Of a stretch of DNA of 64,000 nucleotides, positions 19,201-28,015 are shown piece after piece. The stretch is from Acidobacteriota bacterium (GTDB lineage Bacteria > Acidobacteriota > Blastocatellia > UBA7656). The stretch spans positions 88,006 to 152,005 of the forward strand of contig JBBPIH010000008.1 in the NCBI GenBank assembly GCA_038040455.1, in the 5' to 3' direction. A model generated the notes under the pieces. The model did not search any database and was not told where the DNA came from. It was given only the letters and a program-made list of their open reading frames with translations. The translations under genes and the position numbers were made by a program. The number at the start of each line of letters is the position of its first letter. Within the stretch, counting starts at the first letter, position 1.

Positions 19201-20109
19201 TTCGCGTACTTCGAAGTCGGCGATAGATTTCAGTTGATCAATCGTTCGCTCGAACGGGCGAAATATCTCCGCGTTGCGCTGGTCTCGGTTGAGGTTGACG
19301 ATCACCTCGGCGATCTGTGGGATTAGCAGCCTGAGCATCTCCCCCTGAACCGGAGTGAAGTCAAAGAAGCCATCAACCACCAGCAACCGAACGTCGGAAA
19401 GCCACGGCACGCTCACTTTCCTTCCGTCGACTTCGCCGCGCAAAACTTCCAGGGCGCGCAACTGATCGGCGTCGTCGTCAGTCAGGCCGAAGCGGTCGAG
19501 CGCAGCCGCATACGCCGAGTAGATCAATCCAATCTCTCGATCGAAATCGATCTGGAGCGGAATAGGGTGCTCGGTCGCGGCCGTTGAACCGCTGCTCTCT
19601 TGAGCGAGCGTCGGGTAGAGGTCGCGGGCACGAGCTTCAACGATCGCGTTAAACTCGGCTTGAGTCTTCGCCGCGCGTTGAATCTCGCCTATGAGCTTTG
19701 CGATGGTGTTGATGCAGCCGTCTCGATGCGCGAGCGGCGCGATGGCTCTAAGCCTGCCCTCGCGCGCCAGGCGCTTGATGATCTGCGAAATCAAGCTGCG
19801 TCTTACTGGAAGCTCTTCTTGATCGATTGCGATTCGCGGAGCAAGCGGCAAGCCGGTCTCAACTTCGAGGGTGGTCGCCAGGACGAACCGCGAAAACCCT
19901 CGAAACAGGTGCACCGGCAGCGAGCCCCACACGCCGCGAACCGTGTCGCCGTCGAGCAAACGACCAGCGGCTAGCTCGAGCAACGGGCGCGAAGCGGCGA
20001 GGTACAGCAGCCCTTCAGCCGGTCCGGTGGCAAGCACCTCAGAGGCGCGCTCGAGCAGCCGCTCACGATTGTTGCTCAGGATGGGGGCAAGCCAAATTTC
20101 CCTGGCCAA
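16285..20109 (-). CDS. AddB-like helicase-nuclease subunit (degenerate helicase N-domain, C-terminal PD-(D/E)XK nuclease with Cys cluster), pair 1
   Basis: 1274 aa, lying directly upstream of and co-directional with the AddA-like gene (addB-addA order as in Bacillus). The C-terminal CPHCDFSAVCRYEKF resembles the AddB Fe-S cysteine cluster. No N-terminal Walker A is visible. Confidence 0.7.
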   Translation of the reverse strand: MAREIWLAPILSNNRERLLERASEVLATGPAEGLLYLAASRPLLELAAGRLLDGDTVRGVWGSLPVHLFRGFSRFVLATTLEVETGLPLAPRIAIDQEELPVRRSLISQIIKRLAREGRLRAIAPLAHRDGCINTIAKLIGEIQRAAKTQAEFNAIVEARARDLYPTLAQESSGSTAATEHPIPLQIDFDREIGLIYSAYAAALDRFGLTDDDADQLRALEVLRGEVDGRKVSVPWLSDVRLLVVDGFFDFTPVQGEMLRLLIPQIAEVIVNLNRDQRNAEIFRPFERTIDQLKSIADFEVREDAEAQPVAAGLSLLRERLFNSSANEQCAAEAAGLGAQASLPGSSRATPGRQGCLRSQDSPEKSLSISLLDCGNRETEIREIAKEIKRLVLLEGYRPSDVAVVVRERASYEDTIARVFQEERIPCALGRRTALIEVPAVRAALKLFEMLIELNREEGTTAKMSELADLVKSGYFRLSETELDALRERFNQEHEHLLGIAGFLRGPDETNVGNWDADELENVIAFAGGELRADRWLKRARQLTALRPAPDLEKLLATDLEDESDSDDESAAASGEATSAVKRRVERAEPVDVPLPGSERKPRPSREVHPALIAWSALVVERTARLIGGATREAPPLELRDAIMRLLDQLQFAGGVRGSQPGSVADAELPALTLDLRGLEGLRRALAAAARSIEMSEGVVSEGDSVSTIKLTTFLDEAMRCLRAQSLVTSHADPDGLKVLEVTDVRGLRFRAVFIAGLVEGGFPLRASRDWIYPHEERERLKQYGLTLEDISPDTLLKEEHYFYQAACRATERLYLSRSMVLEDGSETVASYYIEELGRAVAPGPITKEVVRGDFDGRTLFDSSRSSELAVMLVRQEERHRHRAQREGNFPEEVIARLMATASERGYLSESARRRIAIERERASRWFGKFDGVISAASLIARLQEQYGADHAFSASELSLYGKCPFKFFAEKVLKLDPRGEAALDLTSLDAGSLLHEALRRFFARHRRERLTDFDRAELRRELGEVADAVFYEHERAVPPLNPQVWQIDKQIRKLLLEQVLDYELTVQEQTRSKDVRPAYFELAFGMRGDAVDPGSTDQSLELRRGSDDPSETVRVRGQIDRVDIANDGTAIAYDYKLSKGAGLDDMQEGRALQLHLYLAALEQLFMPGSAIAGGGYYTMRGGSSRRNQGLYRAVQQAYTAVSKRTSSTLTDEEWNRIRAEMEARVWEFIDGIRAGQFQVDPSAPEATCPHCDFSAVCRYEKFRIRRKEGIGEV
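19028..19101. repeat. Palindromic repeat family D (CCTGGGAGCGCAGGCATCCTTGCCTGCC...GGCAGGGATGCCTGCGCTCCCAGG) embedded in-frame inside the AddB-like CDS
   Basis: A 31-bp arm at 19028-19058 and its reverse complement at 19075-19101 form a 74-bp hairpin-capable element. It is translated as ...LPGSSRATPGRQGCLRSQDSPEK... within the protein. A second copy lies in an intergenic region at 48873-48947. Confidence 0.6.
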
Positions 20110-20127
20110 AGTTTCTCCGCCCTCGAC

Positions 20128-20580
20128 GTAGCATAGACTTTAGTCTGTGCCGGCGATTGCGCTTGTAAGCGGACCGACCCGACACAGAGGTATAGTAGTC
20201 GGTCAGATTGAATCTGATACGTGCGTTCGCCGATTTTCACCCACGCTGGTGGTGGATCGTTCGTACTCACCTCCACCGATGCCTCGACCAGCTTTTTCTG
20301 AATCCCACCAACGCAGTTGGTGGATTGTTCATACACTGCCTACAACCAGACTGCGGTGGAATAGGCTGAGTATGAAGCATCCACCAACTGCGTTGGTGGG
20401 ATTCGGGATGAGAACGCCGACGTCTGTCTGTAGGCTGAGTATGAAACATCCACCAACTGCGTTGGTGGGATTCCAAAGGCTATCCTTGGGCATCACAATC
20501 ACGGGACTACTAGCCTGTAGTCTCTGCCCGGTAACTCCGCTACATCGCAATCGCCGGGTACAGACTAAAGTCTATGCTAC
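20128..20580. mobile_element. MITE-like non-autonomous element: about 33-bp terminal inverted repeats flanking a cluster of family A hairpin repeats
   Basis: The left end gtagcatagactttagtctgtgccggcgattgc (20128-20160) is a near-perfect inverted copy of the right end gcaatcgccgggtacagactaaagtctatgctac (20546-20580). The interior carries at least 3-4 copies of the CCACCAACGCAGTTGGTGG hairpin unit in both orientations. There is no long ORF. It lies between the addB-like start and the rmuC stop. Confidence 0.5.
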
Positions 20581-20625
20581 CTTTTTCGGTGGCAATGAAG
20601 CGAGGCCGCGTGGCGGCCATTGAAG

Positions 20626-22134
20626 TTAGAACTCGTCTCCATGGGAGCGGGCCTTTTCCCTGCGCTGCAAGTCCTGGGAATCAGGTTCTTGCTTGTCCAA
20701 ATCATCATCGATCAACCCGGGAATCAGCCCGGTCTCTCCGATGTCCAGCAAGCGCGTGGAGCGGTCAACGATCTCCAGCGGCTCTATATCCTCGCCGGTA
20801 GTCGAGCCAAGCTCCTTGAAGCGCCGCGCAGTGACGAGCACCCGGCCTTCAAATGACCCGACTGCCTTATTGTAAGAGTCGACCGCGCGATCCAGTCCCT
20901 TGCGCACATCCGAGAAGTGCTCGGCGAGAATTCTCAGCCGCTCATACAATTGCCGCCCCAGCTTGCTGATCTGCTGAGCATTCTCGGCCATCTGCTCCTG
21001 CCGCCAGCCATACGAAACGGCCTTTAGTAAAGCGATGAGCGTTGATGGTGTAGCAACGATGACCCGTTGCTCGACGCCAAATTCAATCAAGCCGGGGTCC
21101 TGTTCGAGTGCTGCGCTGAAAAAAGTTTCACCGGGCAGAAACATGAACACGAACTCCGGAGTCGACGGAAGCTGCTCCCAATAAGCCTTGCCGCCGAGCT
21201 TCGTCAGATGAGTCCTAATCTGCCGCGCGTGATCTTTCAGCTTTGCAACTCGCCCCTCATCATCCGGCGCTTCAAGTGCTTCGAGATAAGCCTGAAGCGG
21301 CGCTTTCGAGTCAACGACGATTCTTCTGTCGTTGGGCAGACGAATGATCATGTCCGGCCGCAGCCTGCCGTCCTCTCCTAGCACATTTGGCTGCTCGTCA
21401 AAGTCGCAGTATTCGACCATGCCGGCGATCTCGACGACGCGCTTGAGTTGAATCTCACCCCAGCGCCCACGAACGGTTGGAGACCGCAGCGCTTTGACGA
21501 GGTTTGCGGTTTCGCTTTGCAGTTGCGTCTGAGTTGTGGCGAGAGATTTCACCTGCTCGGTAAGCGACGAGTACGCGGCGGTCCGCTCCTTCTCGACCTC
21601 TCTGATCTTGACGTCGACTTTTTCGAGCGAGTCTTTCAGCGGCTGCACGAGTTCGCCTATCGCCTTCTGTCTGCCTTCGAGGTCGCCCTTGGCGTTCTCT
21701 TGAAATCTTTGAAGCTGCTCGCTCGCGAGCTGAAGGAAAGATTTATTGTTGGTCGCGAGAGCTTCAGCGGACAGCGCTTTGAATGCGTCCGAGAGTTTGT
21801 TCTGCGCGTCTTCGAGCACCCCAAGTTTTTCGGTCGCGCCTTTGCGTTCAGCGTTGAGCTGCGTTTCAAGCGAGCTTGCTTGAGCCAGTAGCCTCGCGTT
21901 CTCACCCTGGAACTCCGACAGTCTGGAGTTAAGCTCGTTCAGGCCGGCTTCGAGCGTGCGCGCTTGCTGGTCCTTGCCCTGAAGCCGTTCGACAAGCGTG
22001 GCTCGCTCGGCTTCGGATTCACTTCTCGCACGTTGGTACTCGTGTTTGATTCTGGAGCGAGCCACGAACCAGACGGCGATGCCGCCCAACGCGAGTCCAA
22101 GCAATAACATCAGGATCGGCTCGTTGTCGCTCAA
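20626..22134 (-). CDS. rmuC: DNA recombination protein RmuC
   Basis: N-terminal TM helix, a long coiled coil, then the conserved RmuC C-terminal domain ([30 protein letters not shown]). Length 502 aa. Confidence 0.85.
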   Translation of the reverse strand: MSDNEPILMLLLGLALGGIAVWFVARSRIKHEYQRARSESEAERATLVERLQGKDQQARTLEAGLNELNSRLSEFQGENARLLAQASSLETQLNAERKGATEKLGVLEDAQNKLSDAFKALSAEALATNNKSFLQLASEQLQRFQENAKGDLEGRQKAIGELVQPLKDSLEKVDVKIREVEKERTAAYSSLTEQVKSLATTQTQLQSETANLVKALRSPTVRGRWGEIQLKRVVEIAGMVEYCDFDEQPNVLGEDGRLRPDMIIRLPNDRRIVVDSKAPLQAYLEALEAPDDEGRVAKLKDHARQIRTHLTKLGGKAYWEQLPSTPEFVFMFLPGETFFSAALEQDPGLIEFGVEQRVIVATPSTLIALLKAVSYGWRQEQMAENAQQISKLGRQLYERLRILAEHFSDVRKGLDRAVDSYNKAVGSFEGRVLVTARRFKELGSTTGEDIEPLEIVDRSTRLLDIGETGLIPGLIDDDLDKQEPDSQDLQRREKARSHGDEF

Positions 22135-22149
22135 CTCGGCGCACTCTCC

Positions 22150-22581
22150 TTACTTGCCCGACTTGCTCGGGCCGTCCGCAGCCGGACTCGACCCCCAGGC
22201 ACGTTTGCTACTCATCAAATAATATGTGGCCCCAGCTATTGGCAAGAACAGCACCAGCATGACCATACCTACGCCTTCTGATTCTGACCTCGCGAATTTC
22301 ACCATTGCCCTAATGTCGAGCGCTATGGTCAACCATACTATTGCACTCCCAACTCCCACCAGCGGTCTCGGATCCAGTGTGCCTGTTGTAGTAGATACCA
22401 GGCTGCTAGGCAAAAGGAGTAAGCAAACGGCTGAGACAAGTAAAAAACACAACAGTGCGGCGAATATCAACAATATCTTTGCTGTGGCGGCACGAACTAA
22501 GCTTATCGTACTTTTGAGGCCTAGAATCGTGATCGCAATAGCTGTCAGCCAACATAACCACAAGGAGGCCAGAGGTCTCAT
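22150..22581 (-). CDS. Small integral membrane protein (3-4 TM helices), unknown function
   Basis: Hydrophobic segments LASLWLCWLTAIAITILGL, ILLIFAALLCFLLVSAVCLLLL, AIVWLTIALDI and MVMLVLFLPIAGATYYLM. GC is lower than the surrounding genome. Its stop lies 16 nt before the rmuC start. Confidence 0.5.
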   Translation of the reverse strand: MRPLASLWLCWLTAIAITILGLKSTISLVRAATAKILLIFAALLCFLLVSAVCLLLLPSSLVSTTTGTLDPRPLVGVGSAIVWLTIALDIRAMVKFARSESEGVGMVMLVLFLPIAGATYYLMSSKRAWGSSPAADGPSKSGK

Positions 22582-22647
22582 CCAGTAAGACCTCCAGACC
22601 GTGCAAAAGTATGAGTTCGGCGAATCCCATTAGGGGGTCCGTCGGTA

Positions 22648-23874
22648 TCATCTTCCGAAGATTGACACCATGCGCTCGTACACCTTCCGCGTCACTCGCA
22701 CGTCGTTCAAGTTGTACTCGCGAATCTCGCCGAGTCGTCCCGCTTGATACAACTCGAACACGCGGCTTCCATCAATTTCGTCCGTTTTGCTCGATTCGAT
22801 CCCGAGCGCCCAAGCGATGTCATCAAGCGCGACGCGGTTCTTCGCGCCTAACCACCAGCGATGCATCGTGTCGTAGACGCCTCGAACATTGAACTCAGAC
22901 AGATTGACGAAGGACCGAAAGCGGATGTTGTTCACCAAACAGCGTTGAAAGATGAACGGCAGATCAAACCCGATGACGTTGTGCCCCACTATCTCGTCGA
23001 TGTCTGGATCGAAGCTTCGCATCAGCGCAAGGAAATCCGTCAGTGCTTGTTGCTCGCTTTGTTCTTGTCCTTCGGCGTCGATGCCAAGGACATCTTCGCT
23101 TTCGCCCTGCTCGACACCTTCTATTTCGACGCCCGCGACCGTCCCGATGTGTACGGCTATTGAAAGGACCCGTCCCGATGTTGCAGCGAGCGAGCCCGAT
23201 CTGTAAGCACGCTCTTCTTCAGCAGCCTGGTCTTCGAAGTACCTCTCCTGTTGTTCCTCGTTCATCTTCCCGAGGTTCATCGCTCGGTTCAACCGTTGCG
23301 CAGCGCGTTCCTTGAATGCCAGAACCGGGATGGTTTCGATATCGATTGTGAACGCACGCGGCAGAAGCGGATCTGCGTTCTGCAGCTCGCGATACTTTTC
23401 GATAGTAATCGGTCTGAGTTCTGAGACCACGAACTGCGATTGACCCTGAAAGATCTCAGCCCGTCCCACGATTCCCCACAATCCCGGCTGGATCGATGCG
23501 CCGGTCTGAAGGACCTCACTTGGTAGTTTGAGAGCGATTGTTCCGCTGGCATTTCGTGCACTGGCGAGGAGGAAAGGCCTGGCCTGCTGCGGCCTGACCT
23601 CGCGCACCGAAATCACGACGACTGTCAGCCAGACTTCGTCTCCCGCATTCAAGTCAGGAATCGGGATGTTGCCCTTCATTGGTGAGCGCACCTCTTTCGG
23701 TCTACTTGAACTCGTTAGCCAGCGAACATGGTTCTTCAATTCGTCGCTCGCTGAGTTGAGAAGGCGCAGCGATCGACGCATCGACACGTCGGCATTCAGG
23801 GCGCTGTCGGCTTGCAGCTTAGCAAAGCAAAACCCATAGATGTACGATTTCGATGATGTCCACCTCACCATCAC
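22648..23874 (-). CDS. Predicted 3'-5' exonuclease (DEDDy/DnaQ-like fold) with N-terminal OB-fold-like domain
   Basis: Exo I FTIDIETIP, Exo II IVGHNVIGFDLPFI and Exo III YNLNDVRVT motifs are all present. The N-terminal region EVWLTVVVISVRE...ALKLPSEVL looks like an OB fold. The true start is probably internal (M near 23781 or 23679), since the full ORF overlaps the upstream gene. Confidence 0.65.
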   Translation of the reverse strand: MMVRWTSSKSYIYGFCFAKLQADSALNADVSMRRSLRLLNSASDELKNHVRWLTSSSRPKEVRSPMKGNIPIPDLNAGDEVWLTVVVISVREVRPQQARPFLLASARNASGTIALKLPSEVLQTGASIQPGLWGIVGRAEIFQGQSQFVVSELRPITIEKYRELQNADPLLPRAFTIDIETIPVLAFKERAAQRLNRAMNLGKMNEEQQERYFEDQAAEEERAYRSGSLAATSGRVLSIAVHIGTVAGVEIEGVEQGESEDVLGIDAEGQEQSEQQALTDFLALMRSFDPDIDEIVGHNVIGFDLPFIFQRCLVNNIRFRSFVNLSEFNVRGVYDTMHRWWLGAKNRVALDDIAWALGIESSKTDEIDGSRVFELYQAGRLGEIREYNLNDVRVTRKVYERMVSIFGR

Positions 23875-24535
23875 AACGACGTTTGTTTCGCGAACGGTAG
23901 CGCGCCGTGGTTGCGCCCTGAACTAAGAATGTGAGCTTTTCCGTGGATTCCCAAAGACCTGATAAATCTCGGTTTGACGCCATCTCTTCAATCCAACTAT
24001 TCACCTTTTGGTACCAAGTAGGGAAATCTTGTTTCTGCACGTAGCCGAGCATCGTCCAAGCCGCCGCATTCTTGCCGTGAATTCCGAGCTTGAAGCGCTC
24101 TACGCCGCCACTCTTCTGGTTCGAACCAATCAGATATTCGCGCTCTCTTGAGCTCGGTGGCGGGGACGGGAGGCGCTTCGCCTCGATAGCCATCAGCGTT
24201 TCTTCCGGGGCGTATGAACGGGCCTCGAATGCAGTGGCGGTCGTCGTCACTGCCTCAACGTCCACGCTAGGGCTGGTTCCAGTGCTTTCGTCCTGCATCC
24301 CTTCATGGTGAAAGTACAGGAGCTTGTGGCAATTCAGAATCTTGCATAGGCGGTTTGTGATACCCTTCTCATTCTGGATGCTATGCTCCCTTCGCTCAGC
24401 GAACTCACCCAGCCCTTTCTCGATCACATCCAGAACGGCGTCGCGAGAGATACAGGGCAGTGCCGTCCCATCCAATCGACCCGCCGGAAGGAACTCCTCA
24501 GGAACTGCTTTCAAGTGATATTTATCGGCAAGCAT
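23819..24535 (-). CDS. Hypothetical protein with PD-(D/E)XK-like motif (candidate restriction endonuclease partner)
   Basis: SVDVEAV...MAIEAKRL fits a D-x(n)-E-x-K nuclease signature. 238 aa, low GC. Its start is 8 nt downstream of the methyltransferase stop on the same strand. The assignment is tentative. Confidence 0.4.
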   Translation of the reverse strand: MLADKYHLKAVPEEFLPAGRLDGTALPCISRDAVLDVIEKGLGEFAERREHSIQNEKGITNRLCKILNCHKLLYFHHEGMQDESTGTSPSVDVEAVTTTATAFEARSYAPEETLMAIEAKRLPSPPPSSREREYLIGSNQKSGGVERFKLGIHGKNAAAWTMLGYVQKQDFPTWYQKVNSWIEEMASNRDLSGLWESTEKLTFLVQGATTARYRSRNKRRCDGEVDIIEIVHLWVLLC

Positions 24536-24542
24536 AAGGGCC

Positions 24543-27500
24543 TCAGAGGCCTTGGCTCCTTAGGTACGCGAAGGTATCGTCGGCGTCGCGGATGGCCATA
24601 GATCTCAACCAGTAGCGTAGCGTCTTAGGTTTGATCAAGTAGATGACGTCATCTTCATAAATGGAGAGGATTCGAGTGATTCGCACACTAGGGCGATGAT
24701 GGCGTTCTGTCAGTTCCCGCAAGGCTTCATCAAGCTCAGGACTGAGGGAATCCGGTAGCTTTGGTGCCTTCTTGAAAAAGAACGGATAACAGACATGAGT
24801 GGCCGTCTTGCGTGGTGAATCAGCTTTCAAGCCTGGATAGATTGAGCCAAGAAAGTCAGTGTATGTCGTGCCGAAGGCTTTTAGATCGCCATCGGCGGCG
24901 CTACGCATCACGCGGGCCTTTTCGCCCGCGCGACGGTAAGGCAGCCAGTACATTAGGGCATCATCCCGCAATACTGTCTCCCACTCGTTCAACTCCAGGT
25001 CGGAAGCGGACTTCGGATACGGCAGGTTCAAGATATCGGCAGCTAAGATCGCTGATGATTTATTTACGGCGAAACGCCCACTGCCAATGAGCAAGGCAAA
25101 GTTTAGTGTCTTATTGCGCGCTAATCTTGTCTCCATTTGGCGAAGCTCTTCTTCATGAGGCGCATGAATCGCAAAGACATCGTGCTTGAAGGTCAGATAG
25201 TCCGTCCGCAATTCGGCTGGGATACCCGCGTCATAAGCGCGTTCTGCAATCAGTAAATGCGGTTTAGAATAAATCGCTTGCTGACGAGGCGCGCTGAAAT
25301 ACCTTGTATTGACTGTGCAGATTGCTTGTTCATCAATTCCGTTTGCTCGAAAGGCCCCTGTGGGCAGAAAAGGCTTGCCTGTGATGTAGGACGCGGTCTT
25401 GCACTTTTGCTCGAGCATTCTAAACTCGGCTGCCTCTGATTCATTGTGCGTCGCGCGAGTTTTGAGAAGGGCCTCGTATCGACGGACATGTGCACCTTTT
25501 GATACGATAAATCCCTCGCCCCAATTCCACCGTTCCTTTCTAGCCTCCAGATATTCTTTGAGTTTCGGAAGAGTGTTTAGACGACGCGCCAAATGACCCA
25601 TGCGCCCCCCTCCAATGAGATTGGCTTTCCAGACTGTTGGTTCATTCAATGCGACCTCGCGAGGTATATGGTGAAAGTCATAGCGATCCAATTCAAAGGC
25701 GATGTGTTCTTTAACCGAGCGCGTGCGACGAACTGTGACATGGAGCACAGGCCGCGAAGCCTTTATCTCGTGCGCAAAGACGGCAGTAAATGCGATATCT
25801 CCCCGAGCCCCGAAGATGACACGGCAGGCGTGGGTGAAATCGAGTATTTGCGGAACGTCGAAGCGTTCGAGAAACGATTTTCGGAACGCTTGCGCGCCTT
25901 GATTGTAAAGCATAGGAGCCGCTGGTTCGATCAGGCAGGTGAGGCCTCCCGGTTTCAGAAGTGACATTGCTTGTTCGAGGAAGAGCAGCGCAATCTGTTT
26001 ATTTGGCAACTCCGGTCTTACATTGTGCTTTACTAGAAGCGCGTCTATCGTAGCGGCCTGCGGAGTCAGTTTCTCGGCGAACGGCGGATTTCCAATCACT
26101 AGGTCGAATTTCTCAGAAGCCTCACCCCAGCGGTTCATCTTGATCTGCTCGAAAAAATCACCTTCCACAATGTTTTTTCCGCGCAACTTATCAAACTCGA
26201 GAGTCTTCCAGATTTCCATCGGTTCCAACTCAGAACACAGTGCGATCGACAGACTGAAGAGTGTCAGGCTTACCGCTTCCGGATCGAGGTCGACACCGTA
26301 GATATTGTCTCGCAACAACCCCTTCAGAGTTGCCAGGTCAGGTCGCTGCCACTCGTTCGCCAAACGCCAGCGAGCGATTAGACGGCGATAGGCTCCCACC
26401 AAGAAAACCCCTGAGCCACAGGCTGGGTCAAGAATACGAAACTCAGTCGAACCGACAATCGGCATCGACTCTGCCAATAGGAAGTCGACAAGGAATGGCG
26501 GGGTGTAGACGACACCTTGGTTGCGGTTGGTCGAGGTACCATCCGTGTCGGCCGAGTCGCCGGAGCGTTGGTTCTTTTTATCTGCACCGAGGAACTCCTC
26601 ATAGATGTTGCTAATGAGTTCCACTGGTAGGTGGTTGAAGGAGTAAAGTGGCCAGAATACCCTTTGTGTGCCTGACTGTCCCGCCAAGAAGTCCGCCAGC
26701 CCTGAGAGATCAGCTTCGGTGAGGTAGGCTCGCTCACTTTCCGTAAGTTCGAAAGCATCGCCGTTGAATCGACTTGAAAGCCGATCAAACAAGGCGACCA
26801 GATTGCCACCTGCTCGCACTACGCTTGTAAAATCCGTTGCCCCGGGAGCGAATTCTTCAAAGAACCCCTCATGATAGGTAGTGCCGTTTCGGTTTTCTCC
26901 AGCCTTCGGAAAGACTCCGAGGCCCGTCGAATCGGCGCGATCTTCCAGGTAGCGCACGAGCAAAGCCATAACGAGCAAACGGTTGGCGTGGCGCTTGTCC
27001 AGCTTTCCTTTGCGAATTAGCGATCGTCGGATATCCCGGAGTTGGCGCAGCATTAGGCCAAAAACGCTATGCTCCCGCTTGGCGTCGCGCAGGTTCTCGT
27101 TTTCAGAGTTGTCCCAGAAAGTGCCTATGTCAAGTTCGCGCAATCTCGCCTGGAAAAGATCAATCCCCCGCTGAGCCTTTGCCGCCAGGTTAATGACCTC
27201 AAGGGGTGCGGGTTGAACTGTTGCACCTTTAAGCTTGGGTGCCTTCAGTGAGGAAAAGATCTGAATCTCACCATGCACGAAAACAATGAACAACGGAACA
27301 GGACAGGCATTCCAGAGTTCCTTGTGCAGCTCGGATAGTTCGGGGAGGTTCACGCGCGCGAATAACGGTTTTTGTGTGTAATCATACACATAAGCTTGGG
27401 CGTAGCGCTTCGGTAGAGGACGGTCAATGTTGTGTCGGAAATAAACATAGTCAGCTTTGTGTTCCTCAGCAGTCTCCAATGCCAAGTACTCCTCAGGATG

Positions 27501-27596
27501 AAGATCCGTCCTTTCCCGAAAGTTCGCCACCGGGACGAGCTGGTCAAGGCTAGCCTCGTCGAAATTCTGAGTGATGTCATCAGTCAGTCGGTGCAT
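24543..27596 (-). CDS. Large N6-adenine DNA methyltransferase, Type IIG/IIL-like architecture (N-terminal domain of unknown function, gamma-class MTase, C-terminal target-recognition region)
   Basis: SAM-binding motif I ILDPACGSGVFLVGA and catalytic motif IV VIGNPPF. 1017 aa. About 350 aa lie N-terminal to the MTase core and about 300 aa C-terminal. GC is about 50%, below the rest of the window. Confidence 0.8.
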   Translation of the reverse strand: MHRLTDDITQNFDEASLDQLVPVANFRERTDLHPEEYLALETAEEHKADYVYFRHNIDRPLPKRYAQAYVYDYTQKPLFARVNLPELSELHKELWNACPVPLFIVFVHGEIQIFSSLKAPKLKGATVQPAPLEVINLAAKAQRGIDLFQARLRELDIGTFWDNSENENLRDAKREHSVFGLMLRQLRDIRRSLIRKGKLDKRHANRLLVMALLVRYLEDRADSTGLGVFPKAGENRNGTTYHEGFFEEFAPGATDFTSVVRAGGNLVALFDRLSSRFNGDAFELTESERAYLTEADLSGLADFLAGQSGTQRVFWPLYSFNHLPVELISNIYEEFLGADKKNQRSGDSADTDGTSTNRNQGVVYTPPFLVDFLLAESMPIVGSTEFRILDPACGSGVFLVGAYRRLIARWRLANEWQRPDLATLKGLLRDNIYGVDLDPEAVSLTLFSLSIALCSELEPMEIWKTLEFDKLRGKNIVEGDFFEQIKMNRWGEASEKFDLVIGNPPFAEKLTPQAATIDALLVKHNVRPELPNKQIALLFLEQAMSLLKPGGLTCLIEPAAPMLYNQGAQAFRKSFLERFDVPQILDFTHACRVIFGARGDIAFTAVFAHEIKASRPVLHVTVRRTRSVKEHIAFELDRYDFHHIPREVALNEPTVWKANLIGGGRMGHLARRLNTLPKLKEYLEARKERWNWGEGFIVSKGAHVRRYEALLKTRATHNESEAAEFRMLEQKCKTASYITGKPFLPTGAFRANGIDEQAICTVNTRYFSAPRQQAIYSKPHLLIAERAYDAGIPAELRTDYLTFKHDVFAIHAPHEEELRQMETRLARNKTLNFALLIGSGRFAVNKSSAILAADILNLPYPKSASDLELNEWETVLRDDALMYWLPYRRAGEKARVMRSAADGDLKAFGTTYTDFLGSIYPGLKADSPRKTATHVCYPFFFKKAPKLPDSLSPELDEALRELTERHHRPSVRITRILSIYEDDVIYLIKPKTLRYWLRSMAIRDADDTFAYLRSQGL

Positions 27597-28015
27597 TTGT
27601 GGTAATTATCACTCGTAGGAGTTAACCGAAATTTTGTATGCTTAATCGGTGCTCGATGCGGGCAATCTTAGGGCTTGCTTCCATTCCTCAATCGCTTCTC
27701 CGACCCAGGATGAGTCCAAAACGCTCTATGACGCTTACAGTGTTGTACTGAGCAAATCAGTCATTACTGAAGAGACGGTATTCGGAACCATTTGCATAGG
27801 TAGTCTCTTTCAGATCTGCTAAGCCGCTACAGTATGTCATCTGGTTCCCATCGTGAAAGCAACCGCACGCGACTTCGCGGAGTTGCAGGTTGAAACAATC
27901 AAAACGAGGGTTTCGAGGCCTATGCTTGCACGATACGCACGCCCGCGCAAGTTGAATTGCGCCTGCGGAACGCAGGTCATAAGGTGAGCGCATACTTATT
28001 GTCCCAAGTTCTGGG

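Noticed and set aside
20147-20623. 158-aa ORF with the repeated peptide ESHQRSWWIVHT/MKHPPTALVGF, and similar ORFs at 20267..20476, 37287..37553, 47220..47739
   Set aside because: These are translations of the family A palindromic repeat units. The repetition at the protein level simply mirrors the DNA repeats. No start or RBS context supports them.
24543-25600. Assigning the MTase N-terminal 350 aa as a PD-(D/E)XK or Mrr nuclease domain (making it a bona fide Type IIG enzyme)
   Set aside because: I could not identify a convincing D...(D/E)xK triad by eye in this region. The architecture and the call as Type IIG-like are therefore left as inference to be tested by HHpred.
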